Assembly (NCBI GenBank): GCA_965213705.1 | Contig: OZ243913.1 | Span: forward strand, 832,001 to 896,000 | DNA: 64,000 bases | Source: Trueperaceae bacterium | GTDB lineage: Bacteria > Deinococcota > Deinococci > Deinococcales > Trueperaceae | Reading direction: 5' to 3' | Part shown: piece after piece, positions 30,146 through 39,767 of the stretch | How the letters are laid out: every line of letters starts with the position of its first letter | Numbering within the stretch: position 1 is the stretch's first letter | Made by a program: the position numbers and the translations under genes | Notes under the pieces: model-generated | What the model was told of the DNA's origin: nothing | Database searches by the model: none | The model's input: the letters and a program-made list of their open reading frames with translations, nothing else

Positions 30146-32707
30146 TTACTCCTGGGTTTCGAGGTGGGCCCCGACGAGGCGGCGGGCGAGCGCCAGTTCT
30201 TCGTCAAAGGTGCCGACCTCGCGGCGGTGCCGCGCTTGCGCGACTTGTTTTAGGATTGCTCCCACCTCGGGGCCGGGCGGCAGCCCCAAGTCTAACACGT
30301 CTTGTCCGCGTAACTTTCGTTCGCCGGCGGTCGCTTCATGCTCGAGCACACGAGCTTCCAAACTTTGACTGAACACCTTTATCAGCACTTTTTCGGCCGT
30401 GCCGGACGCCTCCAACTGTTCGCGGGTCACGTCGTCACGCAGCTTGACGGCCCGCAACCGCTCGATGACGCCGAGGTAGCGCCGCGGCCAGTGAAAGCGC
30501 TCGAGCTGCGCAGCCACAGCCTCTTCCGGAACCCCGAGGAGGAGCGCGAATAGGTAACTCTCGTCAGGTACGTCCTCGGTTCGGCGCAAGGTGTCGAGGC
30601 GTTCGGTCGTGCTCGTGTCGAGGTTGAGGCCGAACATCGCCGACAGCGCGCCGACCGTGTCGAGGACTGCAAGTGCGGGCGTCACGGCGTTTTCGTTCAA
30701 GGTCAGCTCGAGTTCGGCGCGCAGCCTGTCGGCGCTGACCCGGCCGAGCACGGCGGGAGCCAGGGCGGCGGGAACCTGGGCGCGGGTGTCGTCTTCGAAG
30801 CGCAAACCCAGCCGCCCCGCGAGCCGCGCCCCGCGCAAGATGCGCGTCGGGTCTTCGACGAACGACAGCGGGTGCAGCGTGCGAAGTTCTTTTTGCTCGA
30901 GGTCCCTCAAACCGCCGTAAGGGTCGATGAGCCGGGGCGGCGGGCCGAGGCGGACGGCGAGCGCGTTCAGCGTATAGTCGCGCCGCGCCAAGTCGTGCGC
31001 GACGCCGCCGGGCGTGACGGTGGGCAGCGCGCCGGGGTGCGCGTAGGTTTCCCGGCGCGCCCCCGCGAGGTCCAAAACGAGGCCGCTCGGCAACTTCAGG
31101 GTGCAGGTGCCGAAGTCGAAGTGGCAGCTCAGCTCGCCGCCCAAGCGCCGCTGCAAACCAGCGCCCAGGGTTTCGGCGCTGCCCCCTTCGACGCTCAAGT
31201 CGAGGTCTTGCATCGCCACGCCCAGCACCGCGTCGCGCACCGTGCCGCCGACGAGGTAGAGCGCGGCGCCGGGCGCGAGCGCGTCTTGCGCCGCTTGAAG
31301 CGCGTCGCGCGCGGCGTGGGGCAGGCGTTCCAGCAGGGCCGCCGCGTCGTCCGGCGCGGCGTCGGTGTCGCGGTGCCGGGCGCTGAGCAGGTCGCTGCGG
31401 CTGACGATGCCGACTAAGTTGGTGAGGTTGGCTTCGCCGGCTTCTAAAACCAAAATCCGCCCGACGTTGCTTTTTTGGACCAACGCCTCTAACTCACTCA
31501 AGCTTGCCGTCGGCGCGGCCGTGACGAGCTTGCGGCGCATCAACCCCTTGACCTGCACGTCGCTCAACTCGTGCTGCGCGGCCTTGTCCAGGGTGCGGCG
31601 GTCGACGAGGCCGACGACGTCGCCCGCCGCCGTCACGACCGGCGCGCCGTGGTAACCGCGGCGCTCGAGCACACCCCGCGCCTCGCGAAGCGTCGCCGTC
31701 TCAGCTACCGTCGTGACCGGCCGACTCATGATGTCTCGCGCGGTGACGGGCGCGCGGCCGTGCCGGGCGAGGGCGGCCAGCAGTTTTTCTTCGGCCCCCT
31801 CCAACGACACTTCGGTCTTTGCAGAAGCCGCCCCCCGGTGTCCGCCACCGCCGAAGGCCTCTTTCAGGGCTGCGCCCACGTCGAAGCCGTCCGAGGCTCG
31901 AGCGATAACGTGCGTGGTGCCGCCCAGCCTCGCCAGGACGAAAGCGGCGTCGGCACTGTGACCCACGCTGTGATTCTCGCCGTGACCCTCGCTGTGACCC
32001 ACGCTGTGCGTCTCTAAGAGTTCGCTGCAAAGAGGCGCCAGGTCGGCGACGTAGTCGTCCCGCCGCAACCGTGCCAGCACGACCCTTCGGCCCATCACAG
32101 TGACTTTCTCGGCGTTCTGCGAAAGCTCTTCGAAGATTTCCCTTTGTCCGTCACCGTGAGCGCCGCGCAAGTAGCGCCGGACAAACGCCAAACTCGCGCC
32201 GGAGCGCAGCAGGTGGGCCGCGGCGTCGTAATCTTCGGCGCGGGTGAGGTCGTAGCTGAGACCGCCGGTGTCGTCGTGGATGCCGAGCAGCGCCAGACTC
32301 GCCAGCTCGGGGGGGATGACGGTGTTTTGCGACTCGAGCAGCAGCGTCAGCAAACTTGCCGTCGCCCCGACCTCGCGCTGGACGCCGTGCGCGGCTTGAA
32401 TGGCGTTTTCGGGGCGCGGGTGGTGGTCGTAAAGGGTGACCGGCACCTGCCCCAGCAGCGCGTCGAAGGGCGCGACGCGCGCCGGGGCCGAAGTGTCGAC
32501 GATGACGAGTTCTTCGACCGCCGCCAAGTCGATGTCCGCAGCCCGGCGCAGGCCCAGGCGGTCTTCATAAAGCCGCGCGACCGCCTCGACCTCGTCGCCC
32601 AAACCGCCCGCCACTACCGCTACCGCGCCCGGATGCGCCAAGCGCGCCAGCGCTACACTCGCCAGCGCGTCGAAGTCCGGGCTGAGGTGGCCGACGATGA
32701 TTTTCAC
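30146..32707 (-). CDS. DHH-CBS tRNA nucleotidyltransferase (CCA/A-adding type)
   Basis: HLSPDFDALAS, YDHH, GGGGH, CBS pair, YLVGGTVRD..DLD, DLARRDYTLNA, EDPTRILR. Confidence 0.92.
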   Translation of the reverse strand: MKIIVGHLSPDFDALASVALARLAHPGAVAVVAGGLGDEVEAVARLYEDRLGLRRAADIDLAAVEELVIVDTSAPARVAPFDALLGQVPVTLYDHHPRPENAIQAAHGVQREVGATASLLTLLLESQNTVIPPELASLALLGIHDDTGGLSYDLTRAEDYDAAAHLLRSGASLAFVRRYLRGAHGDGQREIFEELSQNAEKVTVMGRRVVLARLRRDDYVADLAPLCSELLETHSVGHSEGHGENHSVGHSADAAFVLARLGGTTHVIARASDGFDVGAALKEAFGGGGHRGAASAKTEVSLEGAEEKLLAALARHGRAPVTARDIMSRPVTTVAETATLREARGVLERRGYHGAPVVTAAGDVVGLVDRRTLDKAAQHELSDVQVKGLMRRKLVTAAPTASLSELEALVQKSNVGRILVLEAGEANLTNLVGIVSRSDLLSARHRDTDAAPDDAAALLERLPHAARDALQAAQDALAPGAALYLVGGTVRDAVLGVAMQDLDLSVEGGSAETLGAGLQRRLGGELSCHFDFGTCTLKLPSGLVLDLAGARRETYAHPGALPTVTPGGVAHDLARRDYTLNALAVRLGPPPRLIDPYGGLRDLEQKELRTLHPLSFVEDPTRILRGARLAGRLGLRFEDDTRAQVPAALAPAVLGRVSADRLRAELELTLNENAVTPALAVLDTVGALSAMFGLNLDTSTTERLDTLRRTEDVPDESYLFALLLGVPEEAVAAQLERFHWPRRYLGVIERLRAVKLRDDVTREQLEASGTAEKVLIKVFSQSLEARVLEHEATAGERKLRGQDVLDLGLPPGPEVGAILKQVAQARHRREVGTFDEELALARRLVGAHLETQE

Positions 32708-32882
32708 GCGTCCCAGTGTAGCGCGGGAAAGTACCGAGGACCGAGTGGAAAGTGCCGAGTTCGGTACCGAGTCGGCCTCTTGCCTTGATTTTTGCCTTTC
32801 CTACAACCTACATGCCACATGCTCAGGCCCCTTTGTAACCCCCACTTTTTACTCGACACTCAGTCCTCGGTACTCTCTGCTG

Positions 32883-33359
32883 GTGCTCCACCTCGCCCTG
32901 CTCGAGCCCGAAATCGCCCTCAACGTCGGCAGCGTCGCGCGGACGGCGCTCGCCACCGGGGCGCGGTTGCACCTGGTACGGCCGCTGGGCTTCCGGCTCA
33001 CCGACGCGAGTTTGCGCCGCTCGGGGCTGGACTATTGGGACGAGGTCGACGTGACGGTTCACCCCGGGTTTGGGGCGTTTGCAGAGGTTTTCGCCGACCG
33101 GCTCGCCGAACGCCGCGTTTTTTCGCTCACTACCAAGAGCCAGCGGTCCTACAGCGAGGTCTCGTACCGCAACGAAGACGTGCTCCTCTTCGGCCCGGAG
33201 TCGCGGGGTTTGCCGGAAGCGGTGCGCGCACAGACCGAACAGCTCCGCATTCCCATGACGCCCAACACGCGTTCGCTCAACTTGGCCGTCAGCGTGGGGG
33301 TAGTGGTTTATGAGGCGTGGCGGCAGTTGGGGTTTGGCAAAGAGGCCTGTAGCCAGTAG
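32883..33359 (+). CDS. trmL: tRNA (cytidine/uridine-34 2'-O)-methyltransferase
   Basis: PEIALNVG, PLGF, RRSGLDYW, FGPESRGL, RSLNLAVSV. Confidence 0.93.
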   Translation: MLHLALLEPEIALNVGSVARTALATGARLHLVRPLGFRLTDASLRRSGLDYWDEVDVTVHPGFGAFAEVFADRLAERRVFSLTTKSQRSYSEVSYRNEDVLLFGPESRGLPEAVRAQTEQLRIPMTPNTRSLNLAVSVGVVVYEAWRQLGFGKEACSQ

Positions 33360-33386
33360 CTTGTAGTTTTTTCTACAGGCTACAGG

Positions 33387-33914
33387 CTAAGGCGCCGGGG
33401 TAACGGTGACAGGGGCTATAACCTCGAAGTCCCGGTACGGCTTCGACGGGTCGCTGCTGACAACGGTGAGCAGACCGACCGCCTCATAGGTGCCGACGGG
33501 AAGGGGGTCACCGTTTGCATTCTCACCTGTCCAAACCAGCGTGAACTCGGCGGCTTCCTCCGGTTTCAACGTTTTGGGAATTGGCGGAAGCGAGGGCCGG
33601 GGTCCGCCGCGCTCGTGCAACGACCACATCACCGTTCCGTTTTGCCCAATCAACAAGTTTGCCGGAACGGGGTCGACGAGGTACGCGGTTTGGGAGGCGT
33701 TGCACGTGTTGGTGAGCTTGAGGAGGGCTTCCAACCCCGCCCCTACCGAAACCTGTGTGGGGGCCTCGAGGGTTGGTTTTAGGCACGGGTCGATGTAGGG
33801 TGCGTTTGTGTACCGGGGTCCGCTCCCCGCAACGTCCGCACGGCCACACGACACAAGGGCACACGACACGAGGGCGACGATGCTGAGAAAGCCGAGCAAG
33901 GTTCTTGGTATCAT
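33387..33914 (-). CDS. Lipoprotein with BsuPI-like Ig-fold domain
   Basis: Lipobox LVSC (duplicated); TLKPEE..FTLVW...GDPLPVGTYEA. Confidence 0.7.
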   Translation of the reverse strand: MIPRTLLGFLSIVALVSCALVSCGRADVAGSGPRYTNAPYIDPCLKPTLEAPTQVSVGAGLEALLKLTNTCNASQTAYLVDPVPANLLIGQNGTVMWSLHERGGPRPSLPPIPKTLKPEEAAEFTLVWTGENANGDPLPVGTYEAVGLLTVVSSDPSKPYRDFEVIAPVTVTPAP

Positions 33915-33969
33915 CTCTTCTCCTTGGGAACTACCGCGTCCGGGTTGGGCGAGGTCGAGTGGCGCTTTT

Positions 33970-34569
33970 CTAGTCGCTCTGTTCAGCTGAACGCAAGTAA
34001 GCCAGCACGTCGGCGGCGTTTTGGTCAGGTGGAAAGACGGGATAAAAGACGTGCTCTATTCTCCCCGCCGACAATATCAAGGTCACTCTTTTCAAAAGGC
34101 GCTGGGGAATGTCGGGGCTGAGCGCGGCAAGCTCCTCGACCTCGAGCGTCGGAAGTCCCAACGCCTCGCCGAACTCAAGCTCGGCGTCGCTCAACAGCTC
34201 GAAGGGCAAGTGCAACCGTTCTTTTGCCTCACGCTGATAGGGGCTCGGCTGCGTGCTGAGGCCGTACACGGACGCGCCCAACCCGCTCAACTCGGCGTGG
34301 TGGTCGCGAAAAGAGCAAGACTGCGGGGTACAGCCCCGTGCGCCGGGAATCGTCTCCCAGTCTTCCGGCAGGGTTCGGTCCGGTCGGCCCGTCATCGGGT
34401 AGACGTAGAGCACCGTGCGCTTTGCGGCGAGGTCTCGCAAGGACACCCTTTCGCCCGAGGTTTCAAGCAGCGCCACGTCGGGGACGCGCGTTCCGACGAG
34501 ACGCGCGCAGGCACCGTCGTCTTGCGGAACGGGCAAGTTTTCGGGTAGGTTCTCGAGGGCCACGAACAC
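33970..34569 (-). CDS. Peroxiredoxin (BCP/PrxQ-like)
   Basis: YPMTGRPD...IPGARGCTPQSCSFRD, YPVFPPD. Confidence 0.9.
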   Translation of the reverse strand: MFVALENLPENLPVPQDDGACARLVGTRVPDVALLETSGERVSLRDLAAKRTVLYVYPMTGRPDRTLPEDWETIPGARGCTPQSCSFRDHHAELSGLGASVYGLSTQPSPYQREAKERLHLPFELLSDAELEFGEALGLPTLEVEELAALSPDIPQRLLKRVTLILSAGRIEHVFYPVFPPDQNAADVLAYLRSAEQSD

Positions 34570-34620
34570 CTCCTTTTATGCGCCGAGTCTATCACCCAAA
34601 GCAGACGCTACCGTCTCCGG

Positions 34621-35679
34621 CTAAGGCTGCTCGAGCCCCATCCCCTCTTCAACACCGGCCACAAAGGTAGCGATGAGGTTGATGACCTGCTCTAAGTCGG
34701 CCAAGTCAATCATCTCGTTGGGCGAGTGCATGTAGCGGTTGGGAATCGACACGACCGCCGTAGGCACGCTGCCGCGGGCGGCGGCAATCTGGTCGCCGTC
34801 GGTGAAGGTTCGGCGCGGCGCGGCTTCTATGGCGTAGGGGATGTTGTTCGCTTCGGCCGTTTCGACGAGCCGGTTGAACAGGCCGCGGTGTACCGTCGAG
34901 CCGACCGTGAGGGTCGCGCCCGAGCCGAAAGGCACGTCGCCGTTTTCTTGCTTGCTCACGCCCGGCACGTCGGTCGCGTGGGTCACGTCGACGGCGACGG
35001 CCAGGGCGGGCTGCAGCGCGTACGCCGCCACGCCCGCGCCGACGTGGCCGATTTCTTCTTGCACGGTCGCCACCGCGACAACTTCGGCGCTCAGGCCCTG
35101 CTCGTCGGCACGCCGCGCGGCCTCCAGGACGATGTACGCCCCGATGCGGTTGTCGATGGCCTTGCTCACCACGCGCTCGTTCAGGAGTTCTAAGTACGGC
35201 TGCTCGACGACCGCCACGTCGCCGACGCGCACGTGCTCGCGCGCCTCGTCCGCACTTTTCGCGCCGATGTCTATCCACATGTCCTCGATTTTCGAGGCCT
35301 TGCTGCGGTCGTCGGGTTTGAGGAGGTGGACGGGTTTTTTGCCGACGACGCCCAGCAGCTCGGTTTTGTAACCCAAGATGCGCACCCGCTGGCCGACGAG
35401 TTGCTGCGCGTCCCAACCGCCGATGCCGCTGAAGTACAGCAAACCCTTGTCGTCGATGTGGGTAATCATCAGGCCGATTTCGTCGATGTGGCCCGCCAAC
35501 ATCACCCGCGGGCCTGACGCGCCGAAAGTGGCGAACGAGTTGCCGTAGGCGTCGGTGCGGAGCGCCGCGCCGTACGCTTGCGCCTGGTCGCGCCACACGC
35601 GCGCGGGTTTGGACTCGAACGAGCTGGGGCCGGGGGCGGAAAGAAGGTTTTTTAGAAAAGTCTTGTCGGCGTCGGTCAT
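34621..35679 (-). CDS. M42 family aminopeptidase
   Basis: AGHIDEIG, KAIDNR, VQEEIG, AVDVTH, RYMHSP; TATTCT 6 nt before ATG 35679. Confidence 0.93.
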   Translation of the reverse strand: MTDADKTFLKNLLSAPGPSSFESKPARVWRDQAQAYGAALRTDAYGNSFATFGASGPRVMLAGHIDEIGLMITHIDDKGLLYFSGIGGWDAQQLVGQRVRILGYKTELLGVVGKKPVHLLKPDDRSKASKIEDMWIDIGAKSADEAREHVRVGDVAVVEQPYLELLNERVVSKAIDNRIGAYIVLEAARRADEQGLSAEVVAVATVQEEIGHVGAGVAAYALQPALAVAVDVTHATDVPGVSKQENGDVPFGSGATLTVGSTVHRGLFNRLVETAEANNIPYAIEAAPRRTFTDGDQIAAARGSVPTAVVSIPNRYMHSPNEMIDLADLEQVINLIATFVAGVEEGMGLEQP

Positions 35680-35748
35680 GAGGGGAGAATACCTCACGCC
35701 GGGCTCGAGCCTCTAAAAAAGTTCACAGTTTGCTCAAAAGCGCTGGTA

Positions 35749-35806
35749 GCCTGTAGCCAGTGGTTTGTAGGTTGTAGAAAAAACCTACAAACCACTGGCT
35801 ACAGGC
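35749..35806. repeat. 25-bp perfect inverted repeat built from TGTAGCC/TGTAGGT-type heptamers (terminator-like)
   Basis: GCCTGTAGCCAGTGGTTTGTAGGTT..AACCTACAAACCACTGGCTACAGGC; related patches at 33348-33389, 38124-38146, 32800-32820. Confidence 0.8.
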
Positions 35807-35811
35807 CTTTT

Positions 35812-36831
35812 TTACCGAATCGTCAACGCCCCCGAGCCCGCGTCCTCGACCTTCAGGATAATCTGCGCGCCGCCGGGGTCGAAGCCTCCGGTTTGCCAGG
35901 TGCCCTCCTTGCCCCGGCCCGCGCCGACTCGCACCAGCCGCTCGCTCAGGTCGAAACGGCCCGAACCACCGTCCTCGACCTCCAACTTGATGTTCGCGCC
36001 CGCTGGGGTTTCTACCGTGACCGGGCCGCTGCCGTAGTCGAGGTTCAAGGTGACGTAGCTGTCCTCGCCGATGACGAAGCGGGTCGCGCCCGAACCCAAG
36101 TCCGCTGTGAGCGCGACTTGCGCGCCCGCGGCTATCCTCACTTCGCCGCCGCCCGAGCCGCCCTCCAACTCGACCTCGTAACTGCCGGGCGTTGCGGGCA
36201 GCGCCAGCTCGAGCGGACCCGAGCCCAAGTCGAGCGACGCTGCCCGCAGGTTCAAGCCGCTCAGGTCAAGCTCTAGCGGACCCGAGCCGCCGTCGACCTC
36301 CAGTTCCAAGGGGATGCGCCTGGTCAAACCGACGTCCCAACGCTTGCCGGCCCCGCTCGAGCGCGGCCTGTTAGAACGCTTTGCCAGCTCGAGCGTTTTC
36401 GAGGTGTCGCCCCGGACTTGCAGCCGCACCTCGCCGGAGTCGCGAATATCCGCCCGCAGCAGGTCGTCGCGCGTCTCCGAAGCGGTGACGCGCACGGGTG
36501 CGCTGCCCAAGTCGAGGCGGACGTCGGCTTCTGTCGCCGCACCCACGGGTTCGCTGAAAACGCGCTCGAGCCGGTCCCCCCGAGTTGCACCGGTTGGGCT
36601 GAAAAGCGAAAAAACGAGCAAGGCTGCCAAAACGATTCCCGTGTAGGGCAACCCGAACGGCCGCCGCCGTACTAGAATATCCACCCCGACGCCGATGAGC
36701 AGCACCGGCCAGTAACGCGCGAGCACCCCGACGAACGCGCCCGCCACGGCCCCCAACGACACGAGCAGCCACAAAACCCCGATGCCGACCAAAATAAGAG
36801 CGATGATTTGACGCTGGTCTTTCAAGTTCAT
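35812..36831 (-). CDS. DUF5668/LiaF-like membrane protein with toast-rack beta-solenoid
   Basis: LILVGIGVLWLL...YWPVLLIGVG; repeated GSG beta units. Confidence 0.8.
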   Translation of the reverse strand: MNLKDQRQIIALILVGIGVLWLLVSLGAVAGAFVGVLARYWPVLLIGVGVDILVRRRPFGLPYTGIVLAALLVFSLFSPTGATRGDRLERVFSEPVGAATEADVRLDLGSAPVRVTASETRDDLLRADIRDSGEVRLQVRGDTSKTLELAKRSNRPRSSGAGKRWDVGLTRRIPLELEVDGGSGPLELDLSGLNLRAASLDLGSGPLELALPATPGSYEVELEGGSGGGEVRIAAGAQVALTADLGSGATRFVIGEDSYVTLNLDYGSGPVTVETPAGANIKLEVEDGGSGRFDLSERLVRVGAGRGKEGTWQTGGFDPGGAQIILKVEDAGSGALTIR

Positions 36832-37060
36832 ACCGTCCTCCCCTAAAAACGCCTGAGCCCGTCGAGCATAGAGCGCGGCGGGCTCAGAAGCAACTTACTT
36901 TTGGAGGAGGTAGAGGGGAGTACCGAGGACCGAGTCGAAAGTACCGAGTTGCATTCGCACTTGGATGTTTGTTGATTTTACCGATCCATCGTTACGTGCT
37001 CGAGCCCCACAAGTCTCTTCTTTTTTACTCGGTACTCGTCACTAGGTACTCGGTACTCCT

Positions 37061-38053
37061 CTACACCGCAACAGGCTCCCGCGCCAGCTTGGCGACGATG
37101 TCGTCCAGCGCCTTATTCGCGTGGACGATGCCGTTTTCGATAAACACGTCGCTCGTGCGCGTGCCGTACCCGGCCGAGCCGATGACGTACAGTCCCGGAA
37201 CATTCGTTTCAAACGTCTCTTCGCTGTGCCGCGCCGAGCCGTCCGCGGGGTCGACCGCGACACCTACCTGCTGCAACAACTTGGCCGAGGCGTAGTAGCC
37301 GGTCAGCAAAAAGGTCTGGTCGGTCGGGATGACGAGGCGTTCGCCTTTTTTGTCGGCAATGACCGCGTCGGGCGTGATTTCGGTAATGACCGTGTCGAAG
37401 TGCGCGACGATAGAACCTTCTTTGACACGGTTTTCCAGGTTGGGCCGAATCCAGTATTTGAGGCTGTGGCGAAACCCTTCGCCACGGTGAATCATGGTGA
37501 CCTTCGCGCCGCCCTTGAACAGGTCCAGGGCCGCGTCCGCCGCCGAAGAGCCCGCCCCGACGATAGTGACGTTGCGGTTGTAGAACGGGTGCGCCTCGGT
37601 GTAGTAGTGGCTCACGTTGTCCCGGTCTTCGCCGGGAACGCCTAAAAACTTCGGGTTGTCGAAGTACCCCGTCGCGACAGCGACTTTTCGCGCGCGGAAG
37701 GTTTGGGTTTCGCCCTTGTCGGTCCGCGCGACCAGTTCGAAGCCGTCGGGCGTTTGCGCCAACCCCGTCACCGTGGTGTACTGCCGCACGTCCAAGCGTT
37801 CGTTGTGGACGACCTTGCGGTAGTAGTCGAGGGCTTCTTTGCGGGTCGGTTTGTCGGTCGCGGTGACGAGCGGGTGCGAGCCGATTTCCAGACGTTCCGA
37901 GGTCGTAAAAAAGGTCATATAGGTCGGATAAGCGGCGATAGCGTTGACGATGCAACCCTGCTCCAGAACAACGTAGCGGAGCCCCGCCCGCTTGGCGCGG
38001 ATAGCGGCCTCGAGCCCGATGGGTCCAGCACCGATGATGGCTAAGTCAAACAT
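37061..38053 (-). CDS. ypdA: YpdA family bacillithiol disulfide reductase
   Basis: IGAGPIG, YPTYMTFFTTSERLEI, KPTRKEALDYY, ATGYFD, VSHYYTEAHP, VFIENG. Confidence 0.9.
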   Translation of the reverse strand: MFDLAIIGAGPIGLEAAIRAKRAGLRYVVLEQGCIVNAIAAYPTYMTFFTTSERLEIGSHPLVTATDKPTRKEALDYYRKVVHNERLDVRQYTTVTGLAQTPDGFELVARTDKGETQTFRARKVAVATGYFDNPKFLGVPGEDRDNVSHYYTEAHPFYNRNVTIVGAGSSAADAALDLFKGGAKVTMIHRGEGFRHSLKYWIRPNLENRVKEGSIVAHFDTVITEITPDAVIADKKGERLVIPTDQTFLLTGYYASAKLLQQVGVAVDPADGSARHSEETFETNVPGLYVIGSAGYGTRTSDVFIENGIVHANKALDDIVAKLAREPVAV

Positions 38054-38195
38054 AAAAAGTACCTTAGCAAAGGGGGCTTGAGCGGCGCTGCTAGACCGCT
38101 TACAAATGAGTTTGTGGCACGGGGCTTGTGGCTTGTAGCTTGTAGGAAAAGGAGATCTACGAGAATAAGGTGAACACTGTCGGCAATTCGCTTTT

Positions 38196-38280
38196 TGTCA
38201 TTCTGAGCGAACGCGAAGAATCCCTCGAGGGTGAGCTGTGAAGAAATTCTTCACTTCGCTGCGCTTCGTTCAGAATGACA
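38196..38280. repeat. REP/MITE-like palindromic element (TGTCATTCTGA...TCAGAATGACA)
   Basis: 11-bp terminal IR with further internal pairing (CGAAGAAT/ATTCTTC); intergenic. Confidence 0.75.
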
Positions 38281-38311
38281 GGAGGGCAATCGGCTCGCGC
38301 TTGCCGAACCC

Positions 38312-38959
38312 CTAAACCAAACTGCTCGGGCAGTAAGGGCTGAGCGCGCAAACGTCGCAGTGTGGCTTCCGCGCGGTGCAGACGCGGCGACCGTGCAAGA
38401 TGAGCGCGTGGTGGACGAAAATCCACTGGTCTTGCGGGAACAAGGTTTCCAAGTCCTGCTCGACCTTGTCGGGGTTTTCGTGCTTGCTGAAGCCTAAGCG
38501 CCGCGCCAGCCGCCCGACGTGCGTGTCGACGGCGATGGCGGGGCGGCCGAAGGCGTTCGACAACACCACGTTCGCCGTCTTGCGCCCCACGCCGGGAAAG
38601 GTTACAAGGGTTTCGAAATCGTCCGGCACTTCGCCCGCAAACTCAGCGGCGAGCTTTTGCGCCGTAGCGACGATGTTCTTGGCCTTGTTTTTGTACAAGC
38701 CGATGGTGCGGATGTACGGTGTGACCTCGTCCGGCGTTGCTTGCGCCAGGGTATACGCGTCCGGATAACGCGCGAACAGCGCGGGTGAGGCTTCGTTGAC
38801 GCTTTTGTCGGTCGCCTGGGCCGAAAGAATGGTGCAAACCAACAGTTCAAACGGGTTGCGGTGCATCAACTCGGTCGTCGCGCCGGGGTAGAGGGTTTGC
38901 AACTCGGTCAGGACCGTGTGGGCGCGCTCGAGCTTGGTTTTTTTGCTTTCGCGGGGCAT
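38312..38959 (-). CDS. nth: Endonuclease III
   Basis: ILSAQATD, GVGRKTANVV, AVDTHV, C-X6-C-X2-C-X5-C; TATACT 6 nt upstream. Confidence 0.97.
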   Translation of the reverse strand: MPRESKKTKLERAHTVLTELQTLYPGATTELMHRNPFELLVCTILSAQATDKSVNEASPALFARYPDAYTLAQATPDEVTPYIRTIGLYKNKAKNIVATAQKLAAEFAGEVPDDFETLVTFPGVGRKTANVVLSNAFGRPAIAVDTHVGRLARRLGFSKHENPDKVEQDLETLFPQDQWIFVHHALILHGRRVCTARKPHCDVCALSPYCPSSLV

Positions 38960-38974
38960 GAGGTCAGTATAAAG

Positions 38975-39715
38975 TCAGTGGGGGTTCGCAGAAGCGGGAC
39001 CGATTTTCGTGCCGACCGACTTGCCCTGACAAATGGCGACCAGCGCCCCCTTTTCGGTGATGTCGAAAACGTGGAGGGGCAGCGCGTGGTCTCGAGCCAG
39101 GATGAAAGCCGACTGGTCCATCACTTTCAGGTCTTTGCCAATAACCTCGTCGTAAGAGAGGTGGTCGTACTTCAGCGCGCCTGCGTAACGGTTGGGGTCT
39201 TTGTCATAAACGCCGTCGGTGCCGTTCTTGGCGACCAAAAGGGCTTCACAACCCGTCTCTAAAGCACGCTGCACCGAAGGATAATCCGTGGTGACGAACG
39301 GTTGGCCGTTGCCCCCGGCGAAGATGACGATGTGGCCTTTGTTTAGATGTTCGAGGGCTTTTAGACGGATAAACGGCTCGGCCACGGCGGGAATCGGCAC
39401 CGAGGTCATGACGCGCACCTGCCTCGCACCGGTCACGCGGCTCTTGAGCGCCCCGCGCAACATGAGGCTGTTGATGACCGTGCCGAGCATCCCTATGTTG
39501 TCGGCCTCGACCCGGTCGATGCCCCAGTAGGTCGCGGCGCTGCCCCGCATGATGTTGCCGCCGCCGATGACGACGCCGGTTTGCACGCCGCGCTCGACTA
39601 GCGCGAGCAGTTCGTCTACAATCCCGCTCAAGCTGTCGTTGTCGAACCCGAAGCCGCTGCCGCCCGCCACGGCCGCCCCACTGAGTTTCACCAAAACCCG
39701 CTCGTAAGTTTTCAC
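38975..39715 (-). CDS. pyrH: UMP kinase (possibly a second, acquired paralogue)
   Basis: RVLVKLSG, GGGNIMRG, ADNIGMLGTVIN, FVTTD, DGVYDKDP, LKVMD. Confidence 0.88.
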   Translation of the reverse strand: MKTYERVLVKLSGAAVAGGSGFGFDNDSLSGIVDELLALVERGVQTGVVIGGGNIMRGSAATYWGIDRVEADNIGMLGTVINSLMLRGALKSRVTGARQVRVMTSVPIPAVAEPFIRLKALEHLNKGHIVIFAGGNGQPFVTTDYPSVQRALETGCEALLVAKNGTDGVYDKDPNRYAGALKYDHLSYDEVIGKDLKVMDQSAFILARDHALPLHVFDITEKGALVAICQGKSVGTKIGPASANPH

Positions 39716-39767
39716 GAGCCCCCATTATACCTGTTAGGCTTGCAGGGTGGTCCCTTTAACACCCGGT

